Position numbers and translations under genes: made by a program
In this document: in pieces, positions 37,551-47,593 of the stretch
Layout: each line of letters starts with the position of its first letter
Numbering within the stretch: the stretch's first letter is position 1
Notes under the pieces: model-generated
Told to the model about the DNA's origin: nothing
Databases searched by the model: none
Seen by the model: only the letters and a program-made list of their open reading frames with translations
From: a virus
Taxonomy: Duplodnaviria; Caudoviricetes
IMG/VR virus record: IMGVR_UViG_3300023174_003189
Span: 1 to 55,899 of that record
Direction: 5' to 3' (one strand)
DNA: 55,899 nt

Positions 37551-39233
37551 TTATAGATCCTTGAACCACTTAGCGGTGTAACTTGCGTAAGTATCACCAC
37601 CACTAGCAACTTCCCATAAATCTCCGCCTTCTAACATAAAATCTGGTTTAGTGCCATCATCAATAATTGGTTCAGGAAGAACTTCTTCATCAATCTGGTT
37701 CATATTTTCTAATTGAATTTGTTTTCTTAAATCGTGGTTTACGATTTCTCTGAAGTATTTTTGAGTGGCAGCCCATGCAAAAATAACTAAAGTCATTACC
37801 AAGTCATCATTGGCACCATCGGCTGCAGCAAATGATGTCTTATATTGTTCAAAAGTGGTCAATTCCGAATAGGTATCAAAATCATTGATTAATAATTTAT
37901 CTCCCTCAATCAATGTTTTGAGATTAGAACAACCAATTTGTTTGACCTGTGGGGACATTTTAAGTCCCATCTGAACACCTCTGGCAAAACCAGCCGACAA
38001 TTGTTGTGGTTTCTTATTACCAGTAAATATCTTTAAAAGGTTTTCATATTCAAGGTCTTGGTGTAGTATATCTGCCACTTGTGGGTTATTATTAATTTCC
38101 ACTAATACATAGGCATCATTGTATAGTTTGGCGGCATTGTATATTACGGTTGGAAATAATATGGGAGATATAGAAGAACTAGAATAAGTTGCCACTTGTT
38201 TGTATGGTGTCGAAGATATATCAATAACTGAAAATGCTGATGAGTCTAAATTTTTACCCTCAGAAACATCCACACAAATACAATACAGATGGTCTGATTT
38301 GTGTTCCGGTCCTTCTTTAATTGGATGTTCATAGATTTTCATCTTATCATGTTCAGTAATTGGATTAATATATCTCAATTGCTGTAACTTATAACCAGAA
38401 ATAAGTGTATTGGAAGAACCTAAGAATTCGGTTTCAAACTCTTGAGCGAATTGCCGTTCAGAAGTATTGCGAATTGTTTCTTCTTTCCAATCATCATCAC
38501 GGCCTGGTACCATTGACCAATGAATTTGAAATGGTTTGTATCCGTTTCGACCTTCAATTGAATCCATCCATAGTTTATAGAATAGATTCATACCATTTGG
38601 CGTGGAAACAATGATAATCTTTGAGGACTTACCAGATGAGATTACCGGATATACTGAGTTAAAGAATTCATTGGCAATATTGTTTGGTACGAAAGCAAAT
38701 TCGTCTAAGAATACAATGTTAAACGAACCGCCTCGGATTGCTGAGGATGATGTGGAGGCCGCAATAACCTTGGATCCGTTCTCTAGTTCTACGTTACCTT
38801 TGTTCCATGTAACCACACCTTGTTGGAGCCATTGTGGTAAATTTTCGTATGCCAATTGATATTTGGATAAAATATCACGAGCCAAAGAACCTTTGTTTGC
38901 CAGAACGGCTACGTTTTGAGAATCGGTAAAAATAGTTGCCCACAGAAGATAACCCACCGTTGTAGTAGTTTTACCAACCTGACGAGGACATTTGGTAATC
39001 ACAAAACGATTATCTTTGAATAGATTAATCATTTCTTTTTGAAAGTCCCACATATTAAACTTTATGAGGCCTTCATCCACGTTTACAATCTTAATGTAAT
39101 TCATACAAAAATACACTGGATCTTTAGAACATTTTACATATTCTTCTATTTGTTCCTGTGTATATTCGTGTTCGACACCAACTTTTTTTAGTAACGGGTT
39201 ATCACGATATGAATCTTTTGTTTGTGTGGCCAT
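37551..39233 (-). CDS. gp17: Terminase large subunit gp17
   Basis: PRQVGKTT, FLDEFAF, STPNG, DDLVM. Confidence 0.98.
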   Translation of the reverse strand: MATQTKDSYRDNPLLKKVGVEHEYTQEQIEEYVKCSKDPVYFCMNYIKIVNVDEGLIKFNMWDFQKEMINLFKDNRFVITKCPRQVGKTTTTVGYLLWATIFTDSQNVAVLANKGSLARDILSKYQLAYENLPQWLQQGVVTWNKGNVELENGSKVIAASTSSSAIRGGSFNIVFLDEFAFVPNNIANEFFNSVYPVISSGKSSKIIIVSTPNGMNLFYKLWMDSIEGRNGYKPFQIHWSMVPGRDDDWKEETIRNTSERQFAQEFETEFLGSSNTLISGYKLQQLRYINPITEHDKMKIYEHPIKEGPEHKSDHLYCICVDVSEGKNLDSSAFSVIDISSTPYKQVATYSSSSISPILFPTVIYNAAKLYNDAYVLVEINNNPQVADILHQDLEYENLLKIFTGNKKPQQLSAGFARGVQMGLKMSPQVKQIGCSNLKTLIEGDKLLINDFDTYSELTTFEQYKTSFAAADGANDDLVMTLVIFAWAATQKYFREIVNHDLRKQIQLENMNQIDEEVLPEPIIDDGTKPDFMLEGGDLWEVASGGDTYASYTAKWFKDL

Positions 39234-39652
39234 TAATCTTTGCCTTTAATGAGTTTATTCAACTCAGCCGTAGAGCCAATAAAAATGGCTTTATCAATGT
39301 TGGTACCACTTTTTTCTTTTTTGGAGTTTTCGTCCATCTCTCGCATTTGTTTTTGTATAGCCAATAATTCTTTATTAGCGTCTACCACATTTTTGAGTAG
39401 TGTGCCATATACTTCAAAAGCACGGGGATGCTGTCCTGCTTTAGCGATATTAAGTATTTCTTGCATTGCTTCTTGGCCTTGGTCAATAAGCCCTTGAAGG
39501 TTTTCTCTTGATTGTTGATAGGCATCAGTAAGGTCCTGTTTTAAATCAGGTTCGTTGAAGTGTGTTTTTAGTACCGGAAGTTTTTCTTTCTTTTCTTCTG
39601 GTAAAGGAGTTATGTCAAAAACATCAGACAAATTTTTATTCAAGTCGTTCAT
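39233..39652 (-). CDS. gp16: Terminase small subunit gp16
   Basis: HPRAFEV, FIGSTAEL. Confidence 0.92.
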   Translation of the reverse strand: MNDLNKNLSDVFDITPLPEEKKEKLPVLKTHFNEPDLKQDLTDAYQQSRENLQGLIDQGQEAMQEILNIAKAGQHPRAFEVYGTLLKNVVDANKELLAIQKQMREMDENSKKEKSGTNIDKAIFIGSTAELNKLIKGKD

Positions 39653-39668
39653 AGTATTTTATTTTTAA

Positions 39669-40133
39669 TTAACCCCAAGTGCCGCCAGTAAAATTTATAA
39701 AACGCCAAATGTTATTAGCGCCATTAGTATAATTTTCTACACAACGATATAATTTGTCATTATCAATTGCAATAAATCCTGCTTTATCTCCTGGGTCACC
39801 TTTAGATGTTAATGGTATTGGAGTGTGCCATTGTAATACAACATTGTCAACAGTAAAAACACCAGTAACAGTTAAATTATTTGCAGTCATTGTGTTGCTC
39901 AAAACAATGTTTGAAGATGTTATTGTATTTGTTACGGTCAAATTACCTGTTACTGTACCACCTGTGGTTGATAATTTAGTATTTGCTGTTGCAAGTGCAC
40001 GTCCACCAGGAGTTACGCCATTGTGAATTGTTAATGTTTGATTGGTCGTGTCGATAATCAACTCACCATTGGCACCAGTTGTATTGGCCAATGTTGCTGA
40101 ACTGTATCGTTTAAATTGTAGTGTGCGTGGCAT
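39669..40133 (-). CDS. Small virion protein with Mtd_N-like N-terminal module
   Basis: LQFKR...GANGELIIDT....L.IHNGVTPGG. Confidence 0.65.
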   Translation of the reverse strand: MPRTLQFKRYSSATLANTTGANGELIIDTTNQTLTIHNGVTPGGRALATANTKLSTTGGTVTGNLTVTNTITSSNIVLSNTMTANNLTVTGVFTVDNVVLQWHTPIPLTSKGDPGDKAGFIAIDNDKLYRCVENYTNGANNIWRFINFTGGTWG

Positions 40134-40144
40134 TTAAATTACCT

Positions 40145-41236
40145 CTATTGTAAATCTGTTGTTTTCTGTTGTAATATATGTAGGTCATCTTGACCAACTT
40201 GAAGCATGGCATCACCAGCAAAGTTTTCTGGTAAATCACCATCAACAATATTTGGAAACTCTGATATTTCGGTTGTAATATTATATGGTATATTGACGTT
40301 TGCATCGGTTGGAGATGGTGTAACATTGATTCTTGCAAGTGTTTCTGGCGTTGGACTATAAGAACTGAACGTATAGTTTGTGCTAGAACTTGTTGCACGA
40401 ATAGGAATATTTGAAACAAAATTTCCACTAATGTTTGTTAGGTGTAATGTATTGTTGTTCCAAAGAATAACTTTACCTGTAGCAGTTGCAGTGCCAGCAG
40501 AATAACCTTGATACACAATTTCACCTACTTGATAATTTCCAAAACCAGAATTGGCATTCATGTTGAAAAGAATAACATCTTCTGGCCCAATTTGATTTAG
40601 AACCGATGTAATCGAATGAGTAACCAGACCTTTAGATGAATTATTAATTTTGCCAAATATAAATCCTTTAACTGTAAAGTTTAATGTCCAAATAACTATT
40701 CTTGTTTCTCTTGAATGCACTCCCTCATAATCAATATCTTGTGATGTTGAATTTAAAACAATAGGAACTTCTTTAACAATACCCATCTCAGGTATTAAAT
40801 TCAATTTAATTGTATAATCTGGTGTAAAATAAGGAAGAATGTGTTCAATAATTTGTGTACCATCTTCAATATTTCTTACATAAACATATAAATTAAAATC
40901 AAAATTATATGGCACAGGATTATATTGTGATACTAAACCAGTATTTGTTTGTGCAAAATTTTTAATATTTGTATTTAATTTACGTGCTGTATCGTATGTA
41001 AATCCTGTCATCTCAAATGACATTCTTGGCAACGTCACCTGAACTTTTTTGTTTAATAAAGGATCTTCTTCGTTTCTGTATACATATAATTCTTTTGGAC
41101 CATATACAATAGGTACAATCAAACGTTCCGCTTCAGTTAAATTTGGGTTGTAACGAACCAAAGTAATATCATTAAATATATTACCAAAACCAATAACTAA
41201 TTTTCGTATAATACGGTTGTAAAATATATTGGCCAT
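40145..41236 (-). CDS. gp15: Tail sheath stabilizer gp15, with C-terminal extension
   Basis: FGNIFNDI, LPRMSFE, QIIEHILPYFTP. Confidence 0.93.
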   Translation of the reverse strand: MANIFYNRIIRKLVIGFGNIFNDITLVRYNPNLTEAERLIVPIVYGPKELYVYRNEEDPLLNKKVQVTLPRMSFEMTGFTYDTARKLNTNIKNFAQTNTGLVSQYNPVPYNFDFNLYVYVRNIEDGTQIIEHILPYFTPDYTIKLNLIPEMGIVKEVPIVLNSTSQDIDYEGVHSRETRIVIWTLNFTVKGFIFGKINNSSKGLVTHSITSVLNQIGPEDVILFNMNANSGFGNYQVGEIVYQGYSAGTATATGKVILWNNNTLHLTNISGNFVSNIPIRATSSSTNYTFSSYSPTPETLARINVTPSPTDANVNIPYNITTEISEFPNIVDGDLPENFAGDAMLQVGQDDLHILQQKTTDLQ

Positions 41237-42117
41237 TATATGCTTCCAAACGGATTAGTTTCAGAGAAGTCAATAATAGAATTGGCTTGATTTTCTATAA
41301 TGTAATTATCACTCGATTCATCACGTTGATTATCTTTTAATGGATTGTAATTAGACAACAAATAACTTGCATTACTTGATGCACCAATAATATTTCTATT
41401 CGTTACAAATTCACCAGCAATATTGGTTACATTTAGTGTATTGGCTTTCTTATTCCATTCTTGAACAATGGCCACAACAGTTGCATTGGCTTCAGTACCA
41501 TCAAGTGCTTGATAAACGATTTCTTTATTTGAATATGTACCTGTGCCTGCACCCACATTAAGTTGTATTGTGTAAGAAGAAAATGTTCCTGCATCATCAA
41601 TTTCTTGCACACCAGTTTGAATAATTTCGTGCGAAAACTTGAATTTCTCTAATTGTAATTCATAGAAATAAGGCACTCGTCTGCCTAGTGTATGAAAATC
41701 TTTATCTTGGTCTGCAAATTTAATTTCATACAATTCACCTGTACCATTTAAAAACGGCACATAAATCAAATCACCTTCACGTGGCCGTGTAAATGTATTT
41801 TGTGGAACTCGTTGTGCAAAAGACCGTTTTGAAACAATTACATTCACATTATTTTTAATTTCTAAACCAAATTTAGAAAAGAATTCTTTTTCACCATCAT
41901 AATCCAATGAATTGGAAAGATAGAGTTCTAATGGAAATGCCGATTGAAATTTTTTAACTGGATCTTCACCAAATAATAGGTCACGAGCAATATCATTATC
42001 GTTAGGTAAATAATATCCATCAAAGCCCATAATTTTTATGGACTCAACAATTAGATCCTCTAAAACTCTTTGTTCAGCTATTGAGTTATAGTTGTTAAAA
42101 TAAACTGAAGTTGCCAT
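41236..42117 (-). CDS. gp14: Neck protein gp14
   Basis: ESIKIMG, FFSKFGLEI, RPREGDLIY, DFSETNPFG. Confidence 0.95.
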   Translation of the reverse strand: MATSVYFNNYNSIAEQRVLEDLIVESIKIMGFDGYYLPNDNDIARDLLFGEDPVKKFQSAFPLELYLSNSLDYDGEKEFFSKFGLEIKNNVNVIVSKRSFAQRVPQNTFTRPREGDLIYVPFLNGTGELYEIKFADQDKDFHTLGRRVPYFYELQLEKFKFSHEIIQTGVQEIDDAGTFSSYTIQLNVGAGTGTYSNKEIVYQALDGTEANATVVAIVQEWNKKANTLNVTNIAGEFVTNRNIIGASSNASYLLSNYNPLKDNQRDESSDNYIIENQANSIIDFSETNPFGSI

Positions 42118-42118
42118 A

Positions 42119-42886
42119 TTAGTTCAAGAAAAATTCTAAAGGTGCACCATATTCGTTTTGCATCTCAGTTTCTAATTTTTCTATTTCTCCAACAGCTTCT
42201 TCGTAAATTTTATCACCATTTAATGTTACACCACCTGGTAGTTGTAGGCCATTAAACTTCTTTAGATTGTTACCCCATGTTCTTTTAATTAATGCGGTAG
42301 TATATTCTTTCATCCAACGGTCATTCCATACTCGATTGTAAATTGTTGGATCAATCATTGCGTAACATTCTGCCACTAAAATTTTTGGTGATTGTGACGC
42401 ACCCCATGCCCAATCACAATAGAGTTTTTGCATATGACGTTGATAACGGATTGGCACTTCACCAGAAAATAATAATTCTAATGAACGTAGATGTTGTAAT
42501 GTCAATGTATAATTAACATACGATGCAGAAGTAAAATCATATAGTTCATTTAAACGAAGCTGATATCTCAAATCAAACATACTAATGGAGGCTTGAGAAT
42601 CTTGAATTGGAAATATGCGAGTAACACCAACAATATCTAATTTATTGTTTGAACTGTCCTGAACATTACTTAAATCGATATATTTTTGTTGAATATCGGT
42701 ATTATCGATCCGTTTAACATAATAAACTTTTTGAAGTCCATCAAAATGGTAGTCTTGCCAATATTGAAGTGCATCATCGATACGATCTTCAATTTGATCC
42801 TCATCTACGTTAATGTCGATAACGGGAAAGCCTAATCTGCGTAGGCAATAATCTTTAAATGTTTGTCTATCTGTTACAGCCGGCAT
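42119..42886 (-). CDS. gp13: Neck protein gp13
   Basis: YCLRRLGFPVIDINV, QLPGGVTLNG; TATAAATA at 42907-42914. Confidence 0.96.
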   Translation of the reverse strand: MPAVTDRQTFKDYCLRRLGFPVIDINVDEDQIEDRIDDALQYWQDYHFDGLQKVYYVKRIDNTDIQQKYIDLSNVQDSSNNKLDIVGVTRIFPIQDSQASISMFDLRYQLRLNELYDFTSASYVNYTLTLQHLRSLELLFSGEVPIRYQRHMQKLYCDWAWGASQSPKILVAECYAMIDPTIYNRVWNDRWMKEYTTALIKRTWGNNLKKFNGLQLPGGVTLNGDKIYEEAVGEIEKLETEMQNEYGAPLEFFLN

Positions 42887-42955
42887 AATAATCTCCTATA
42901 TTAAGGTATTTATACCTTGCTGGTTAATGTTCATTAAAAGGAAGTTGAGAGTATG

Positions 42956-43186
42956 TCATAACGAAAATGATTGGATTAGTTGAAATTCGGCACCAGTAAC
43001 CACGATATAACCACCACCTACATTAACCGCTGTATCATCTAATACTGTAAAGGTATTACTAGCCACATTGGCATAGAGAACTTTAGGTGCCAATGTTTTG
43101 GCAAATGCTGCCGTGGCTGTATTACTTAATTGTACTGTGTCAATTGTGTAACTGGTGATCTGGTTTCCAAGAATTTTTGTGGTCAT
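42956..43186 (-). pseudogene. Truncated paralog of the Ig/RCC1 fibre N-terminus
   Basis: VLDDTAVNVGGGYIVVTGAEFQ matches LDDTAANTxGGYxVIxGTxF of the three fibres, then stops. Confidence 0.65.
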
Positions 43187-43206
43187 TTGAATCTATCCTA
43201 AAATAT

Positions 43207-43237
43207 GGGTGATTTATACTATATTTATAAATCATCC
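43207..43237 (-). promoter_or_regulatory. Late promoter TATAAATA (43222-43229) within a 12-bp inverted repeat
   Basis: GGATGATTTATA...TATAAATCACCC. Confidence 0.55.
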
Positions 43238-43245
43238 ACATTTGG

Positions 43246-44076
43246 TTAGACTCCCATTTGCTTACGAATCTTGGTGGCTGAGATGTCGGTGATTGATTTA
43301 TCGAAGGTTTCCTGTTCAATTTTGTAACCCACATCACGACCATAGGTGATATTGACGATATTAGGTACCACTTGAATCTCGTATTGACCTTGATAAATTG
43401 GATCCAAATCTCTACGGATATACGATTTAACCTGTTCAATGGCAAACGGATTAGAACCTTGCCATCCTTGGCAATCTCGAATTTGAATGACTACTTGACC
43501 AGTTTTGGCAATGGCTCGGTCAAACAATGCTCGGTGACCTTCATGCCATGGTTGCCAACGACCTAACATTTGAACTGTTTCTTTTTTCCAGTCAAACACA
43601 GGACGCCTACGATTTTCAATAATGTGATTACCAATAAACTCAGCCCATTTCTCTGCATTTTGTTCTGTAACACGGAAGTCATATACATCTGGTGGTATAA
43701 ACATTTTATTGGTATCTTCATAACGACCAGCTTCAATTGTATCAACCCAAATTGTCCAATCGGCTTTGAAATTGTTTCGCATCTCTGGAATAGGTGCCAC
43801 GAAATCACAGATAACATAATCACCACCAGCTTCAAGAGCAAACTGTGCCATTCTTAATGATTGCCGAATACGTCCTTCTTTTGAGAAATCCCAATCGTTG
43901 AATTTCTTACGAACATCATCTGCATTGAACCAAGTTACTCGAGCATTAAATCCTGTAATTGGTAACATTTCAGCAATATCATTTGTTGTGCCATGTTTCT
44001 CTAGGTATTTTTTCAATGCTTCGGCCAAAAATGTTTTACCAGAACCAGGTAAACCCATAATTAAAATCTTTTTCAT
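43246..44076 (-). CDS. APS-kinase-like domain fused to an HxGH nucleotidyltransferase
   Basis: GLPGSGKT, NADDVR, DFSKEGRIRQ; C-terminal GRWQPWHEGH and ISATKIR. Confidence 0.8.
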   Translation of the reverse strand: MKKILIMGLPGSGKTFLAEALKKYLEKHGTTNDIAEMLPITGFNARVTWFNADDVRKKFNDWDFSKEGRIRQSLRMAQFALEAGGDYVICDFVAPIPEMRNNFKADWTIWVDTIEAGRYEDTNKMFIPPDVYDFRVTEQNAEKWAEFIGNHIIENRRRPVFDWKKETVQMLGRWQPWHEGHRALFDRAIAKTGQVVIQIRDCQGWQGSNPFAIEQVKSYIRRDLDPIYQGQYEIQVVPNIVNITYGRDVGYKIEQETFDKSITDISATKIRKQMGV

Positions 44077-45074
44077 ACTTCTTCCTTAATAAAATTATCA
44101 ACGATTGCCAATGATGAACTGATTGCCATATCCATATCGATATAAACATACAATCCACATCTACCAATAAACTGGACCTTGTCGTTTTTTATGTCCTTAT
44201 ACTTATTATATATTGCTCGATTTAAACCTTCTGAATCTTTGACTGGATAATATCGTTCATAATTGTTATCTCGGTAATCACAAGGTTCTTCTAATGTATA
44301 ACTCTCACCAAATCCATGTTCAGGAAACAATTCCCATTTTGTAATTCGTGTATATGGTCCATCATCTGTAAAATTAACTACCGATGTTGGCATATCGAAA
44401 TATGATTTATTGGTGAAATGAAACTTAATTGATCGATATGGTAATTCACCATAACAGTAATCATAATACTCATCGATTGCCATTGAATTAAACACAAAGT
44501 CATAATCATTTTCCATTTGCTTGGAGAACTTGGTGTTTAATTTAATTTCTATGTTTGAATGATTTAATATATTCTCAAAAAGTTTTCTGTATCCACCTTT
44601 AGGCAAATATTGATACTGATCATTTGGAAAATATAATTCGTTTAAATCATTCCTCACTTTGATTCGGTTTAATATACTACTATCAATCTTTTCGGTTGGC
44701 AAGCCCCACATCTTTTTAGAATAAGGCACATACAGAGTTTCAAATAATTTATCACCTAATATTCTTTGTGTTTCTAAATTGGGTGGTAAAGTTAGATATT
44801 GGCCTTTGTGGTATGCTTTGACTTTGTGTTGGTAATCAATCCATTCGGTGTATTGGGACAACCATTGAATTACTTTATGATTATTTGTGTGTAGGATGTG
44901 CGGTCCGTAGCGATGCACTAGAACACCATCTATCATCTCATCATAACAGTTGCCGCCAATATGGCCTCTCTGGTCAATTATGGTAATATTGTAACCATTA
45001 TTTGCCAGTTCTCTGGCTATAACTGAACCTGAGAATCCTGTTCCAACGACCAGTATGTTTTGTTTTCTTCCCAT
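44073..45074 (-). CDS. glf: UDP-galactopyranose mutase
   Basis: VGTGFSG, HIGGNCYD, HRYGPHILHT, LPYRS, YYP, GR...Y.YIDMD. Confidence 0.92.
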   Translation of the reverse strand: MGRKQNILVVGTGFSGSVIARELANNGYNITIIDQRGHIGGNCYDEMIDGVLVHRYGPHILHTNNHKVIQWLSQYTEWIDYQHKVKAYHKGQYLTLPPNLETQRILGDKLFETLYVPYSKKMWGLPTEKIDSSILNRIKVRNDLNELYFPNDQYQYLPKGGYRKLFENILNHSNIEIKLNTKFSKQMENDYDFVFNSMAIDEYYDYCYGELPYRSIKFHFTNKSYFDMPTSVVNFTDDGPYTRITKWELFPEHGFGESYTLEEPCDYRDNNYERYYPVKDSEGLNRAIYNKYKDIKNDKVQFIGRCGLYVYIDMDMAISSSLAIVDNFIKEEV

Positions 45075-45850
45075 AATTTAATTACGGTATCTTTCGTTAT
45101 ATAAAACGGTATGTCCATCTTGTTTGACATATGTACCACTAGTGAACCCATCGGCATAAACATTTTAAATTCTGGTTTATTCCAGACCGTAGAGATAGTA
45201 TTGCCTTCCCAATGGTGTTCTTCTTCACCAATAATTAATAGTTTATCAAAATGTTCTTTATACTTTTTAAATATCTTAGCTTGAATCATAAATGATTCTT
45301 GTGTAAACCATGTTGTTCTATAATATCTATGCTGTGTAGGAACAACAAAACAAGGTCTATAATATGTTTCATTATATGGATGATTTGGATGATAATATAA
45401 TTGATTGAAATCTTGTGGAAAAATACCTACTTCTAATCCTGTAATATGTGAAAGATATGTCCACGATTCAATCATTTCTCCGATGGCACCAGAAAAATGT
45501 AGGTAATCATCTTCTACAATATATACCAAATCATTCTCTGGTAAATTATAGATGTATTCGTAGGCTACCTGAACTGAGTATCTTGATTTCTTTTTGGCAG
45601 AAAGGCCTTCTTGATTCCTTGGTGGTAAAAAATTAATTGTAATGAAATCGTATGGTCGAATTAATTCTTTGAGTATATCCTGAAATTCAGCAACCGAATT
45701 ATCATCAATAATGTGTAATGATTTCTCTGGTATATCTTTTAGATTGGTAATGATTGAGTTTAGGCACCGAAGAATACATTCGGATTTGTTTACGATTCGA
45801 TCAGACTGTAAAGAAGTTCTATTACAAGTCCTTAATACAACATGAATCAT
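45017..45850 (-). CDS. GT2-like glycosyltransferase
   Basis: IIDDNS, YIVEDDYLH. Confidence 0.7.
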   Translation of the reverse strand: MIHVVLRTCNRTSLQSDRIVNKSECILRCLNSIITNLKDIPEKSLHIIDDNSVAEFQDILKELIRPYDFITINFLPPRNQEGLSAKKKSRYSVQVAYEYIYNLPENDLVYIVEDDYLHFSGAIGEMIESWTYLSHITGLEVGIFPQDFNQLYYHPNHPYNETYYRPCFVVPTQHRYYRTTWFTQESFMIQAKIFKKYKEHFDKLLIIGEEEHHWEGNTISTVWNKPEFKMFMPMGSLVVHMSNKMDIPFYITKDTVIKLWEENKTYWSLEQDSQVQL

Positions 45851-46428
45851 ATTTTTCGTATCGCTGTTTGATAACCACTAGGCAACTCAAACACTTTTAA
45901 TTTCTTCCAATAACATTGAACAAAATTATCAAATGCCAATTTAGGTGAATCACATGGATTATCACCTTTTCTCCATGCCATACTATCATCACACAACATA
46001 ACACCACCAGAGTTTAGTAATTCAAAACTCAACACCATGTCTTGTAGAACACCTGGTGCTCGATGGTCACCATCAACATAGATGAAATCGGCTTTGACAC
46101 CACGGTTGTATAATTCAATCAAACCATCAAATGATTTTTTATTAATGAACTCAACAACACCTTTAGGTTCAAATTCATTTAGATTACTTAAAAATATTTC
46201 TTTGGTCTGTGGTATGTTTTCTTCTGGTAGATCATCACTTATATCGTAAGGATCAATTGCGTAGTGTTTATAATTTGAATATCGTTGATGGCAAATGGCC
46301 GCTATATTAAATGTGCTTTCTCCTTCAAAACATCCAATTTCAATAGTTGTTTTAGGAAAAGCAATTGATTTGACAATATGTTCAAAACTTCTAATCGTGT
46401 GGTCGTGAAACCTTACAGTATATTTCAT
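45847..46428 (-). CDS. Class I SAM methyltransferase (Methyltransf_24)
   Basis: EIGCFEGES, IDPY, FIYVDGDH, GGVMLCDD. Confidence 0.85.
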   Translation of the reverse strand: MKYTVRFHDHTIRSFEHIVKSIAFPKTTIEIGCFEGESTFNIAAICHQRYSNYKHYAIDPYDISDDLPEENIPQTKEIFLSNLNEFEPKGVVEFINKKSFDGLIELYNRGVKADFIYVDGDHRAPGVLQDMVLSFELLNSGGVMLCDDSMAWRKGDNPCDSPKLAFDNFVQCYWKKLKVFELPSGYQTAIRKI

Positions 46429-47141
46429 GTTTCCAATCTATCATTACGAATTGTTGAACGGCCTTCTAGTGGTCGGCCAAGTATGGTGGTTTTAAGATTG
46501 CCATCTTCTTCTCTTTCTTTCACATCATAAGCATAGATGCCCATCTGATGAATTGGAAATATGTCAGCACGAACTATAATATCAAGTGGCGCACAGATGC
46601 CAAACTTAATTACATGAGCCAACATATTTTTTGCCACGGCAGGATCGATGGCATACGCATGAGCCCTACAGATAAAGTGATAGTTTGGTCCTTCAGAGGC
46701 ATGAGTTGGTGTAGGTAGAATAGGCCAACCACCGTTGACCTGTTCGTTATTACCTAGATATGCGATTGAATTAAATACGGCATGCTTGAGATATGGTTGA
46801 ACCATAATTGAATCGTGCTCTAGAATAACGATTGGTTGGTCTATCTCAACACACCTAGACCATAATGAGATATGAGATAATGCACAAGCAACTTCACCTC
46901 TTGTCAAGTAATGATCGGTGATTTTCATCATTTTCATTACTGAACTATTTTTAGAATGTTCCGGCTCTTTGATGCGCCGAGAATAACCATCATAGGCATC
47001 CCAATATTCAAAAGGCATTTTAACCTTTTCACATGATTCGGCACATCGTAAGGCCACATCTTCAGATTTTTTATTATCTTTAACCCGAATGATGTAAGCC
47101 TTATCTACATCCATATTATACGAAAAAAACAAAGAATTCAT
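46425..47141 (-). CDS. GT25-family glycosyltransferase
   Basis: GEVACALSHISLW, ILEHD, AHAYAI. Confidence 0.82.
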   Translation of the reverse strand: MNSLFFSYNMDVDKAYIIRVKDNKKSEDVALRCAESCEKVKMPFEYWDAYDGYSRRIKEPEHSKNSSVMKMMKITDHYLTRGEVACALSHISLWSRCVEIDQPIVILEHDSIMVQPYLKHAVFNSIAYLGNNEQVNGGWPILPTPTHASEGPNYHFICRAHAYAIDPAVAKNMLAHVIKFGICAPLDIIVRADIFPIHQMGIYAYDVKEREEDGNLKTTILGRPLEGRSTIRNDRLET

Positions 47142-47158
47142 AACAAACTTTCAAAAAA

Positions 47159-47581
47159 TTACATTATTGCGTCAACATCCTCATGTGTAGCGGCTGCATT
47201 AACTTGAATAACACGAGCATCTCTGGTTGACTTGGCGGCTTCAATCTCAGCTTCTAGTGTAGAGATTTGGTCAGCAAACTCTGGCATATTACGCTTCATT
47301 TGCAATTGGTTTTCTAAACGCATTACTTCAAAATTAGCTTGACCAATCAAAGAACCTTTACGCTCTTCAACCGACAACTCACGCTTACCCCAAACAATCT
47401 CAATTGGATTTTTGGTGATATCAAATGTATGTGTTGTAAGAATTTCACGGTTAGGTGTGAGGTCTGGAGTAATCTCTACGGCTGCACTCCAACCGGATTG
47501 ACCTTCTGGTGCTGGTGTATCCCAGCAATCTGTTACCTTACCATCTTGAACTCGAACATTATAACCTGATCTTGTTGGCAT
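47159..47581 (-). CDS. Hypothetical, possible fibre assembly chaperone
   Basis: 140 aa, GGAG SD; C-terminal INAA.T.EDVDAI-like motif seen in tail-fibre chaperones. Confidence 0.5.
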   Translation of the reverse strand: MPTRSGYNVRVQDGKVTDCWDTPAPEGQSGWSAAVEITPDLTPNREILTTHTFDITKNPIEIVWGKRELSVEERKGSLIGQANFEVMRLENQLQMKRNMPEFADQISTLEAEIEAAKSTRDARVIQVNAAATHEDVDAIM

Positions 47582-47593
47582 TACTATCTCCTA

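Noticed and set aside
2689-39233. Introns or inteins in gp43, uvsW, gp46, gp20 or gp17
   Set aside because: All are uninterrupted and of ordinary length with no intein motifs seen
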